A stretch of 63,047 nt of DNA, the filler included, from Dicyema japonicum (taxonomy: Eukaryota; Animalia; Dicyemida): assembly GCA_011109175.1 (NCBI GenBank). It is 5 parts of 5 records of this genome, joined end to end, with 100 filler letters (N's around TTAATTAATTAA, not from the genome) between each part and the next. Parts side by side here need not be neighbours in the genome. Positions count along the whole stretch, not along the records: positions 1 to 16,974 come from RDEW01000001.1; 4 more parts are not named here. One strand, written 5' to 3'. The position numbers and the translations under genes are program-made. Below the pieces are notes generated by a model. That model was given only the letters and a program-made list of their open reading frames with translations. It was not told the origin of the DNA and did no database searches. Below, piece after piece: positions 1-11,297 of the stretch; position 1 is the first letter of the stretch; every line of letters begins with the position of its first letter.

Positions 1-269
1 TGTGATCGTCATTAACCGTTCTACCAGTTTTCTCGATGTAGTTATCTTTTTACACGTCTCGCTGTTCTCTGACTTTAATAATTGGAGAGTACGATAAATA
101 CATAGATATTACCGTCTCGTAATCTTCGCATAACCTAAATTTAAAATTAGCATAACTTTTTACAGTCTTCTTAGTGGTTGACGAAAAATTTATACAAAAT
201 TTTGTAGCAGCTAAGCTGTCAATTGTCAGTTATTTCTTTAAAGTGAAATATTATTTATTAACTATGGTG

Positions 270-520
270 GAGAGCGACTGCTGACTTTACGGAGTAAGCG
301 TTTCCGCGGATAACTGCGATCCCATTTTGTTACCTCTGCCAGACCGCTTCATGCACGTTTTTTTTACGGTGGGCCAATTTCCATCGATTTCCTTTAGAGA
401 AAGAGGCTGTAATACTTCCGGCCGCACCAGACATCTCGATTGCCACCAATACAAAACGGTAGCGGTATCCAATTTCGCCATATTTTTTAATCTTGATTTT
501 CTCGGCCAATTCTATCAAAT
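270..520 (-). mobile_element. 3' remnant of CRE-type RLE non-LTR retrotransposon
   Basis: Minus-strand translation AEKIKIKKY..YRFVLVAIEMSG..EAVWQR*QNGIAVIRGNAYS matches the C-terminus of the larger copies at 22857-25888 and 29860-31610. Confidence 0.7.
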
Positions 521-539
521 TCTATAATAATCGCAAAGA

Positions 540-1110
540 CTCTTTAATTCTGAAAAATGATCTGTCATTTAAAGCAAGTAGTGGGTGGCTTGAATAGTTC
601 AAAGTTCGGAATGGTCTCAAGAAAATATCACAGAGACATGGGATTAGTAAATATTAATTAAAAATCTATTACTGAATGACACAATCAGCTTAATATTTGA
701 ACAAATAGATTGGATATTGTTTATAATGCAGATGAAATTGGAGTTTCATTGAACAATTAACTCTAAAACTGTATGCACTAAATCAATGTCTGGAATATAA
801 ATGTCAAGGGATAGATTTTCATTATTGTAATGTGCAAATTGTTTTGGTGCGGATAAAAGGAGGCCTGTAATGATAGGTAGATAAAAATCACAAGTGGTTC
901 AAAAATTTTAACATTGGAAGTTATGTAAGCTAGACATCTTCTAACATAGAATTGATGAACAGTGAAATTTTTAACAAATGGTTGATTGACTTTGAGTGTG
1001 AATTTGCCAATAAAAAAGAAAAATCACACGTGTAGTTGACCAATGTCATTCTCATAAACTATGATTATAACTGTGATTATAATTATGAAGAAAATGCTAA
1101 CTTATTCCAT
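540..1110 (+). mobile_element. decayed pogo/Tigger (DDE_1) transposase
   Basis: Motifs FKASSGWLE*FKVRNG, IVYNADEIG and RDRFSLL*CANCFG..RPVMIG, with stops and frameshifts. Confidence 0.75.
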
Positions 1111-1589
1111 TCACTGTGTAAGACCAAGAAGAAAACTTCCGACTATCTTGAATGAAGCGGTTGGTAGGAGACTAACTTCGGCGGACGACCTAAGAGAACA
1201 ACCGCGCAACAGAGAATCATGATCGATGCGGACGGCGGGATGATTCGGAATACAGAACAATGGAGACTTAATTAACTTTATGTTTCTCGGGAATGCATTT
1301 AATACTAATAATAATTTTTGTCTAATAATGGATGCACTAGCAATATTTACTATTATATAACTCGACTTTTTTTGAAATTATTAAAACACCATAAAAATAA
1401 ATTGTTTAGATTTCTTGAAATTACAACATTCTGGTTATTAACTTATTGTTCCACACCTCCCATTAAAGAATTTTTTATTAATCTCCTTTAGCCCCACCAA
1501 AATTAATATCTTTTTAACACAATACTTCAAAAATCATGTCGAAGTTCTAGAATTCTTTTCACACCTTGGCGTTAGCATGAATGGATTTT

Positions 1590-1800
1590 TGTTATGCTAT
1601 GGCAAATCAAGTGAAAACTGATATACCTACGCATCAAGATTATTTGCCTATGTGTTGGATCCATAAATGATGTGTTGCAGATAAATTATTTAGTCAGTTT
1701 TTTCTCCATCATCCTTGCATAAATGTACTTTTTGCAAATCTCAAGTACCTACTTGGCATTCAGATCATCACCAATAAATATTAATAAGGAATATTAAGTC
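1590..1800 (-). mobile_element. LINE APE-endonuclease remnant
   Basis: IGDDLNAK*V (GDLNAKVG-like) and FICNTSF motifs; heavily degraded. Confidence 0.35.
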
Positions 1801-2879
1801 ATCATCAAACAGAGTAATCAAAGTCTTGTTAACAAAATCTGAGATACATTTGTACTTTACCATGTAAAGTTTTAATAGAAGCATAAATATTCGTAGTTAA
1901 TTAAAATCAACAGTATTAGAAATACTGGAGTTATCTAAGGAAAAAAGGATAAAGTCATTTTTGGATTATCAAGAATTTATTTAATGAATTATAATTTATC
2001 AAACCTTAAGAAGAAATCGTGAATTTAAAAATGATATATTGTGTCCTTAAAACATGTTATATCCTGCAATTATTATGTGAGCTGTGTAGGTCGATGTCTA
2101 TTTAGCACTATTTAAAATTGCTGGGAATTCTCTTCTCGTTGGCATCTCCCTTGATCTTCTGTAAAATCGTATTATGATATTTTGAGGGGGTAATTTTCGA
2201 TGAAAGTGTTGAGGACTGTTACGTAAAAAAGGTTGGTTGGTCCGTCTCTCTGAATGATGTCCTCGTATTTTTCGATATTCAATATCGTTGGGGAGTCAAT
2301 ATTCGAACAAATAGTTTCCCTCTCTGTTGTGGACTAGCTGAGCTGAACCATAAAGGAGCTTTGCATTCAGATCTCAGCAGATGATAACTTATCGAATGTA
2401 GCCAGTCTTAATAAATTTGGCATAACATAGCTTTTTAGGCAGGAACCAAGGGACGGTCTTAAATTTCTCGAAGTTGGAATACTGAAAAAATTTTTATAAG
2501 ATAAGCCTTTTAAGCAAGGATTTAAACCCACTTGCAAAGATTAACAAGGATTCAAACCAACTTTATTTGAGATGAATATTCAAATAAGCGGAGAAATTTG
2601 AGAAGGAAAGGCTTACATTAAAGGAAAAATTCTCTTGCATGGTTTTTCATCACTGAAAAGATGATCAAGGTTAACTTACAAGTTTCTCACTTTTGTGGAA
2701 AAAAGATAAATCTAAACATTTCGGAAAGATAGTACGTTAAGTTTGCTAAACAAAAAACAACATGGTGTCATTAAGAAATTGTATCATTAAGATTCATGTT
2801 TATCGTTATAGTAATACAATTCATAACAATCAGTGGAAACAAAACCGCCAATATCCATGACAAATGGAAAAATATAACT

Positions 2880-3130
2880 ATTCTCCTGAATTTGAAAAAT
2901 AATACGGTCCTACCAAATGGTTTTTTGTTCGTTCCACTCGCCGTTGAGACATCTGGTTCTCTGCGCCTGAAAGGAATTTTTGAATCGTCTAGGAATTCAG
3001 ATTTCTACACGAGCAGATGACTCGTAAGCGCTGCTAGTTATTTGCGCGACCGTAAGAGGGAATAGTCACGCAGTCAAGGCGGGAGCTGTATAACCATTTG
3101 CTCACTTTATTTTTGAAAAAATTATCTGCA
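2880..3130 (+). mobile_element. 3' remnant of CRE-type retrotransposon
   Basis: FVPLAVETSGSL followed by TVRGNSHAVKAGAV*. Confidence 0.7.
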
Positions 3131-3914
3131 ATATTTGGGATGCTTCAGATAGCTTAGATCGAAAAATTCTAAGTCTATGGCTACATAAAGATGAGAATAT
3201 AAAAGATTATTATACAAAAATCAACAAAGTGAGAGAAAATCCTAAAAATTCGTATAAAGTTAGGTTAGCCATCGAAGTCGAGTGAAGGTCCAGGTGATTG
3301 TATTGAATAACGGCGGCATGACAAGAAGTAGGGTCAATCATTCGATTTGGAGTGATTTCTTTGAAATCAGAAAAAAAGAAAATTAATAATTCGTGTCTTG
3401 ATTTTCTTCTGTTTCTACGAGAGATCAATAGATTTATAGGAACGACTTAACGTAGAATAAAGACAGCCTGAATGTCTACGGTAAGAAATAGAGACACCTC
3501 TTAGTATCACAGTCAATTGAATACAGAATTATCAAAAATGCAACATCAAGTCCTTGCAGTTATGGCTACATCTCTGGTGGAATGGAGGAGAGCAAAATAT
3601 ACGCTATTTTTCAACCTAACTCTGTTCGCTAGCTTACATAGGTTGACAACATGAACTCACTTTAATAAAAACGAGAGAAAATAAAGGACATAAAAAAGTC
3701 ATTAACAAAGTCGCCAGTGGGGGAAATTGCACCAATAAGGTATCGTTTAAAAGATGACATGGCGCTAACTGAATTAGCGGGAGAGCACCCAAACACCAGT
3801 GATTTTTAGCCGGATTTAAATTAATTGAATTAAATTACAAATAATTCTAAAAATATTCAAAATAATTAACAATAAATAAAAATCTTTAATAATCTTATTG
3901 AAATCAGTCTAGTT

Positions 3915-4714
3915 ATGTGTGAAATTGCAAACAACAGAGAATTTCTACTAACAAAAGTCAGAATATTAAACGTGATTTGCGAATATAAGGAAGTTACAAA
4001 TATCCTACGAGAAGTAATAAGCTCTGACTATTCTCGCTCATTGACTGACGAAGAAGAAAAGATATTTTCAGTGGCTTTCAAGAATCTTCTTGAAACTCAT
4101 CGGTACTCGTACAGAATAGTTACCTCCATTCTACAAAACGAAGAGGATATCGGTGAATTGATGAGTTCTGTGATGAAAGAAATGAGCACAGAGGAGAGAG
4201 ACCACGTGTGCAGAATATGCGATGAAGTAAATGTATGTTGTGGGGTCATGCTTTAGTCTCTCTTGAGACCTTTTCTTGAGAAAGATTCACTTTCTGTTGA
4301 ATTTATCGTTTTCTGTTACAAGACGATGGCCGATTATTTGAGGTACAAAGTCGAGGTCACTGAAGAATGCGATGAGAAGGAAAGTACGATGTCTTGTTAT
4401 TTCCTAGAAATCATAGAAGAGGCATATCAGTATTACTCGAAAGGGTATGACATGTCTGTCAGGTACCTGAGTGCCCTCAATCCACTAAGGTTGGGATTCG
4501 TTCTGAATTTCTCCGTTTTTTACTTCGAAATTAAAGAAATGGCGGAAAAGTCAATAAAAATGGCTGAAGAGGCACTAAAGGAAGCAGAACTAGTCCCCTA
4601 TGAGGAAGATAAGGAATCGACAATTATTTTGAATCTTCTAAACAATAATATTCAGGTAAATCGCAATCCTTAGCATAGAATTGGAAGTTAAGTCTGAAGT
4701 CGCTTGAAATTTAG
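3915..4714 (+). CDS. divergent 14-3-3 family protein (~242 aa), 4 exons
   Basis: Exons 3915-4232, 4257-4383, 4408-4655, 4679-4714; GT-AG introns of 24, 24 and 23 nt. Removing them gives gap-free 14-3-3 motifs: FSVAFKNL, ICDEVNSLL, KTMADYLRY, PLRLGFVLNFSVFYFEI, ESTIILNLLNNNIQNW. The C-terminal end is less certain. Confidence 0.9.
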
Positions 4715-5566
4715 TTATTGGTGCTTTGCTAACAGATTCTTATAATAATTTTTGTTTCGGATTTGAGTGAGTGATGTTCTTTTGTTGAAGCTGGAAAACT
4801 AATATTGTGCTCAGGGACCAAGTTGGGGTCTGATTATCATAGGAGTCATAGGTATTTGAGTCACTAAGGCACAATGGGATTGCTGGGTCACTTCTAAGAA
4901 GATTACTTTCTAATTTGAGAGAAAGATACCGTAGACATCCACATAAGACCTTCCTGAAAATCTTAACGGTGGTTTAAGGTGCACTGAAGATGGAAAAGAT
5001 CGTGGTGATTTGAAGACTATGGCCTTAATAGAGAAGAGTGGAAACAAGTAGTAAAGAGCATCAATCTAAGAATAATGATTGATAGAACTACGAATGCTTG
5101 TAATCGTATTATGACAAATAATGCTAATATTGGTAATCCCCATAACTCTCTTGTATTAAGCTCCAAGTCATATATTTACAAATTATGTGTGGAAGTAATT
5201 GATCTATTGATTACCCTTAAGTACACTTATTTAGTTGCTAAAATTATCTGATAACTATACTGCAGCCATGCAAGATAATTTTCTGCAAGAACCAACGTGT
5301 CGTTAGGGGTCTCCTTTCTATTACCTCGCAAGACGTCTGATCATTACAGCAAATTCTATTATGCTGGTAAAAACACTCGAACGCCTCAGCAGAGAAAAAA
5401 GTATATGTTTGTTAATGTCTTCTATTTCTTTTTTTGTCATCTCAACTACAATGGAAGCCATTATTGCTTCGAAGATCTCACGAGGGACAATATTTTGATA
5501 TGAATAAAAATTGAATCTAAATTTTTCGTAAGGATATTTGGATTATCCACTAAATTACTGATTATT

Positions 5567-5784
5567 TCATCTTAGAATGAAATAATGTTGATAAGCGTTC
5601 TTAAATCTTAGTATTTTTGAGTATGTAATAAATTTAACTGCATAGTTAGTACCTCGTTACTTTGTAGGAGTGTCCAACCACCAGTTCTGAACTCTTCCAC
5701 AAGTCTTTCATGTTCATCGGAGGTACAGAGCGGGAAGAAGATTCTCGTTTTATCATTGAAAGTAGGTTCTGTGATGGAAGCCAT
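5567..5784 (-). CDS. candidate small orphan protein (~64 aa) with one 23-nt intron
   Basis: MASITEPTFNDK...GGWTLLQ|IKFITYSK...ILR*. Intron 5638-5660 (gtaacgaggtactaactatgcag) contains a CTAAC branch-like motif; exon 1 is GC-richer than its flanks; no recognised homology. Confidence 0.4.
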
Positions 5785-6354
5785 GAGCCAAACTCGTCTT
5801 TAAAAATATTATGTGCAGTAAGTGCCTTGAAATTTTTAATGCAAATATGTGACGATAAAAGCAAACTGATTTAAGAAAATCTCACTATATTCGATGTTTT
5901 CCTTAAATTTTAAAAATTTTGAAAAACTATTAAATACTTAAATCAACGTTCATGAAATTTCGAGGCACCATAATTTGCTTAGCTCACAGCCACCTATACT
6001 TTTTTTGTCGGTTGTAACGTCCCTCACTTGTTTTGCATGAAAGATTAGAACTTTTCCCTTAATGCTAAGGGTTTGTGACTGTCAAGAGATCTCACCACAA
6101 ACATGAACATGGAATTACGATATACTAGTCACGTGTCTTCAAAGATTAGACTAAAGATAGATCTCTTTTACTACAAACGGAGTTCAGTCACTGCCCATGG
6201 CTTAGCTGTTCGCACAAATCCAACAAAACATTATAACTGGAGGATCATTGATGAGATCTGTGCTATACAATTATGGATTCAGTAATAGATGACTGTCAAC
6301 GTACACACTTACAATGAGTATCATCTAAAAAGCCACGAAGGCGTCTTTCTATTA

Positions 6355-6600
6355 TACATAACGCTGTTCGCAAACTTAAAAGTATACTTGGATGCTATAC
6401 CATTCTCATTGCTGGAGACTAGAATTCCAAAATTGGCAAGATTAAACGGTAGTAAATGTCCATCGGTTTACATAACGCTGTTCGCAAACTTAAAAGTATA
6501 CTTGGATGCTATACCATTCTCATTGCTGGAGACTAGAATTCCAAAATTGGCTAGATTAAACGGTAGTAAATGTCCATCGGTAGGCATGGCAGAGGAAAGA
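6355..6600 (+). mobile_element. RTE-like endonuclease remnant containing a 114-bp near-perfect tandem duplication
   Basis: TILIAGD*NSKIG...IGRHGRG motif; copies start at 6355 and 6469. Confidence 0.55.
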
Positions 6601-7865
6601 AACACCAACATAATTATGCTCTGTGGAAAATCTATTTCGTGTAATATCTCCTTTATGTACTTGTCAAAACGTCTATGTCATTTTCGAATAAATTAAAAAA
6701 AAATGATTGTTGATTCTCAATCTTTCAGAGGTACCAAGGTATTGAGTGACCACAGACACTCGTTGTCAAGTTTTAACTATATTAGCTTTAGAATTACCAA
6801 TCTCGAACCCTGCTCTCAGCTAGAAATATAGTGAAGAAATCTAGAAACTGATCACGGAACAATCCTTCAATTCTCGACATACACATAGTTAGAAATATCC
6901 ACATATTGGATTCAATGGTATAAGGCAACGACGTTGTCAAAACATATTTAGAATTATTTTATTTATTTAAAAAACAAAAAATAAGTTATAAGAATATAAA
7001 AATTATAAAATAAAATTATTCCAAAGACCAAGGGTAAAACAAACGAACAATTCCTTGATCCTGACTCGATCAAGCAATTCCAGAACTTGACTCCAGGTGG
7101 GACAGATCATAAATTTTTAACCATTAGCCACGTAGCACCAAATGGTTCCTCGCGGATATCCAAATTCTTGTTATAAGAATGAGAATATTTAAAAAAATAA
7201 GTATTGCAAAAATAAAAATTAAAAAAATGAATTAAAATTGTGGTTATTAAAAACAGTTTAAAATCATATCAAGTGCCACCAATAAGTTTTCCTTAAAAAC
7301 AAAAAAACATAAGTAACAGAAATGTAAGAAAGCATCTAATAATTGGAGTGACTAGAACTTCTCCAATGAAGTTAGAGAGAAAGTGATTTTTACTTGTGGT
7401 CAAAACACAAAAAAGTGACATTTTTTATCTTATATATGAAGAACTCAAGTCGCCACTGTAGTTGAATGAGGGAGATTAAGGGACAAAAGAAAAGAAAAAA
7501 AACCTTTAACAAAGTAACAAGTAAGGAAAATTGGCTTTTTAAACACTAACTTATTGAGTTTGTAACAAGGCTCAGTGTAGTATGAGGTTACTCCATGAAC
7601 TTATAGTTTTATATTATAAAAATTAATTAAAAAAAAAAGAAAGCAATTTTTACAAAACAACGTAAGAGCTATTAATTGAAGAAAATTACTTTTTTTAATT
7701 TTAAATTCTTGAGACAGCATAAAACAATCCTGACTTAATGTTAGATGACCACTAATAATTCCGTTCAATGCAAGTTAATTATCAACTATTAAAAATAACT
7801 ATTTCACCGTTTTTTCAAAAATTGAAGTAAACTACATGAAAGATCATATATCTTTGAAAAAATAA

Positions 7866-8701
7866 NNNNNNNNNNNNNNNNNNNNNNNNNNNNNNNNNNN
7901 NNNNNNNNNNNNNNNNNNNNNNNNNNNNNNNNNNNNNNNNNNNNNNNNNNNNNNNNNNNNNNNNNNNNNNNNNNNNNNNNNNNNNNNNNNNNNNNNNNNN
8001 NNNNNNNNNNNNNNNNNNNNNNNNNNNNNNNNNNNNNNNNNNNNNNNNNNNNNNNNNNNNNNNNNNNNNNNNNNNNNNNNNNNNNNNNNNNNNNNNNNNN
8101 NNNNNNNNNNNNNNNNNNNNNNNNNNNNNNNNNNNNNNNNNNNNNNNNNNNNNNNNNNNNNNNNNNNNNNNNNNNNNNNNNNNNNNNNNNNNNNNNNNNN
8201 NNNNNNNNNNNNNNNNNNNNNNNNNNNNNNNNNNNNNNNNNNNNNNNNNNNNNNNNNNNNNNNNNNNNNNNNNNNNNNNNNNNNNNNNNNNNNNNNNNNN
8301 NNNNNNNNNNNNNNNNNNNNNNNNNNNNNNNNNNNNNNNNNNNNNNNNNNNNNNNNNNNNNNNNNNNNNNNNNNNNNNNNNNNNNNNNNNNNNNNNNNNN
8401 NNNNNNNNNNNNNNNNNNNNNNNNNNNNNNNNNNNNNNNNNNNNNNNNNNNNNNNNNNNNNNNNNNNNNNNNNNNNNNNNNNNNNNNNNNNNNNNNNNNN
8501 NNNNNNNNNNNNNNNNNNNNNNNNNNNNNNNNNNNNNNNNNNNNNNNNNNNNNNNNNNNNNNNNNNNNNNNNNNNNNNNNNNNNNNNNNNNNNNNNNNNN
8601 NNNNNNNNNNNNNNNNNNNNNNNNNNNNNNNNNNNNNNNNNNNNNNNNNNNNNNNNNNNNNNNNNNNNNNNNNNNNNNNNNNNNNNNNNNNNNNNNNNNN
8701 N
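7866..8701. other. assembly gap (N run)
   Basis: 836 N. Confidence 1.
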
Positions 8702-9600
8702 AACTACATCTTCGCTACGCAGGAGTCGGAATACGCTCGCAACTAGAACTCGCCTTTCCGGTTTTCCTTTTTTCGACATATGCTTCCAGTGGTCTCACAC
8801 TCCAGATCCTACACTACATTTACGGATCGGACGCTGAACCAGTTGTGTGCATGGCTCAGGATTTCTTAACGCGCTGGGTGTTGGATTCCCAAAGATCGCT
8901 AATAAACAACGAGAATGAGACAAGCTTTTGTGCTCAAAGATCACCGAAGAAATAAAACCTGTGTCTGATCAGCATCGTTTTGCTTGTCTGGCTTCTGAAT
9001 CAACGAATGAGATTGTACCTCACTTGGGACACTATTGGATTACGACGCGACGAGTATAGGGGTTCAGTCCGACTCGGAATGGATGTTTGCACAATTCATC
9101 GGTGTAGATGTGAAAGAATGGTCGACGTGATTGGTCTTCACGCTTTCTTTTGCCAGAGGAGTGCTGGAAGGAGTCCTAGACAAGCCGCAATCAACAAGGT
9201 TATTCTTGTGGACTTGAGGCTGCCGTATATCCTGTCCAATTGGAGGTGCTTGGACTTGCTCAAGCCAACCGAAGTCCGGACGGAACCAATCTCTTCCCAT
9301 TGGAGAGTGGTAAAAACCTTGCCGGGACGCCACCTGTGTCGATAGCCTTTCTATTTCCAATCCTCAAGGACAGCAACTGAACCAGGCTCAGCTTCAGAGA
9401 AGGCTGAGACCCTAAAGATAAAAAATACACATGTCTTGGAAGACAATTTATCTTCGAACCAGTAGCAGTTGAAACAACAGGCATAATTAGAAGAAGGTAA
9501 CTGACGCTGCTAAACAGGATCGGCTAGCTTATTGCGAAGAAGAAAAACGATAGGAGTGAAAGGAGCTGGCTCATTGAGCGGATTTATTTTCATTATATTT
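8702..9600 (+). mobile_element. decayed 3' ~0.9 kb of CRE-type retrotransposon
   Basis: LHLRYAGVGIRSQLELA, HRCRCERMVDVIGLH (zinc knuckle) and FIFEPVAVETTG; collinear with the copy at 22857-25888. Confidence 0.85.
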
Positions 9601-10430
9601 TCTTTGCTATATTCAATCGTCCCATAAAATATTTAATTAAACACTTTACATGAAGTCCTAATTTTTTATAATTTTTTTCTAAAGCACTATAGTTGAATAC
9701 ATTGTTCTGACCTAGGCAATTTAGGATAATCCCCAAGGGTTCTTAGTAATCAAATTAATTGTCTAAAATTTAGAATAAGGATTTTTTGGTTTTCATACAT
9801 TTGTGAACGCAATATGAATATTTAACCCATTTTTTAATTTTTTATTAAAAAGTGCAATTTATATTTTCTATGCTATATTCAATCGTCTTATAAAATATTT
9901 AATTAAACACTTTACATGAAGTCCTAATTTATTATAATTTTTTTTCTAAAGCACTATACTTGAATATATTGTTATGACCTAGGCAATTTACAGAAGTCCC
10001 GAAGGGTTCTTTGTAACCAAATTAATTGTCTAAATTTAGAATAAGGATTTTTTGGTTTTCATACATTTGTGAACGCAATATGAATATTTAACCTATTTTT
10101 TAATTTTTTATTAAAAAGTGCAATTTATATTTTCTATATTAAACTATCTTTCATTAAATAATTTTATTTGTAACTGTATATGACGTCTTTATTTTATATA
10201 ATTAATTTTCTGTCCAATGTACTTTTACTTGCACAAATTAAACAGACTAAGGCTAACATCAAGAAGTGTTTTTATTAGCAAAATCCTAGCGTTTCTTATT
10301 TTGATTAAAGAATAGATTTTTTAATTTTCATACATTTGTGAACTCAATATGAATATTTAACCTATTTTTTAATTTTTTATTAAAAGAAGTCTCATTTATT
10401 TTTTCTATAATATAACCATCTTCCTATAAA
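9597..10430. repeat. AT-rich tandem repeat, ~267-bp unit, about 3 diverged copies
   Basis: gctatattcaatcgtc at 9606 and 9872; ttttcatacatttgtgaac at ~9790, ~10056 and ~10325. Confidence 0.85.
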
Positions 10431-11297
10431 TAATTTTATTTGAGATGGATATAACGTTTTAATTTTTTTATTTTCATTTAATTGGTACATTCTTACTACT
10501 AGAAGATCTAAACAATATATCTTAATAAATTATTACTAAGAAATAATGAAATTAGAAATCCGACATTGATAGCCAACAAAATATCTACGATAAATAAATT
10601 TTTCAACAAAAAATAATTATAAAAAATATAAAAATAAAAGAAATTCCATTTGAGTCAATGTAATTAATTACATTAAATTTTTTAACGTTTGTGATAGAAA
10701 AATAAAATAAAATAATTCTACAAAGTTTGATAATATCAAAAAAATTCGTGAAAATTATGCTAAGGAGTATGGAAAAGATATGATTTTAAAAAGCTAATGA
10801 AATTATATAGAAAAATCTGATTTGATTTGTTCAAAATGCGTAAAGGATTTTTCTTTCATCAAATGATAAATAAGCTTGTTGACTCGACATTACTGGAATT
10901 TCAAAAAACTTAGTGACTAAGAAAAATTATCTATAATACTATTATTAGATATAACTCAGTATTTTAAACAATTTATTTAATAAGAAATGTAGAACATAGA
11001 AATCGAACAAAGATATCTAAAAAATGTCTTACAATAAATAATTAATTTCAACATAAAATTATAATCAAAAACAATTGAAAAATAAAAGAAAAAAAATTTC
11101 ACGTCAAATTAAAGCAAACTAACCAAATTAGTTGTTCAAAGAATTTTGATAAAAAAGAAAAATAAAATAAATCTATAAAGTTTGAATATATCAAATAAAA
11201 AAAAGTAAGATAAAAAGAATTGATGTCTAGAAAATAATCATTAATTTTATGATGTAAATAAAGAAACCATTTTATTACCCACCAAAGAACCAATGAA

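Noticed and set aside
3715-3815. SL-RNA-like arrangement upstream of 14-3-3 (AAG|GTATC donor, GCTAA/TTAGC hairpin, ATTTTTAG tract)
   Set aside because: Single copy, no leader repeat, and the first stem cannot be built convincingly; compatible with ordinary promoter sequence
7844-8779. Long ORFs spanning N runs (7844-8779, 39672-40274, 40045-40405, 17019-17219)
   Set aside because: Open only because N codons are not stops
9597-10430. Possible spliced LRR-type coding in the 267-bp repeat
   Set aside because: Candidate splice sites are not conserved between copies and the frames I tested hit stops
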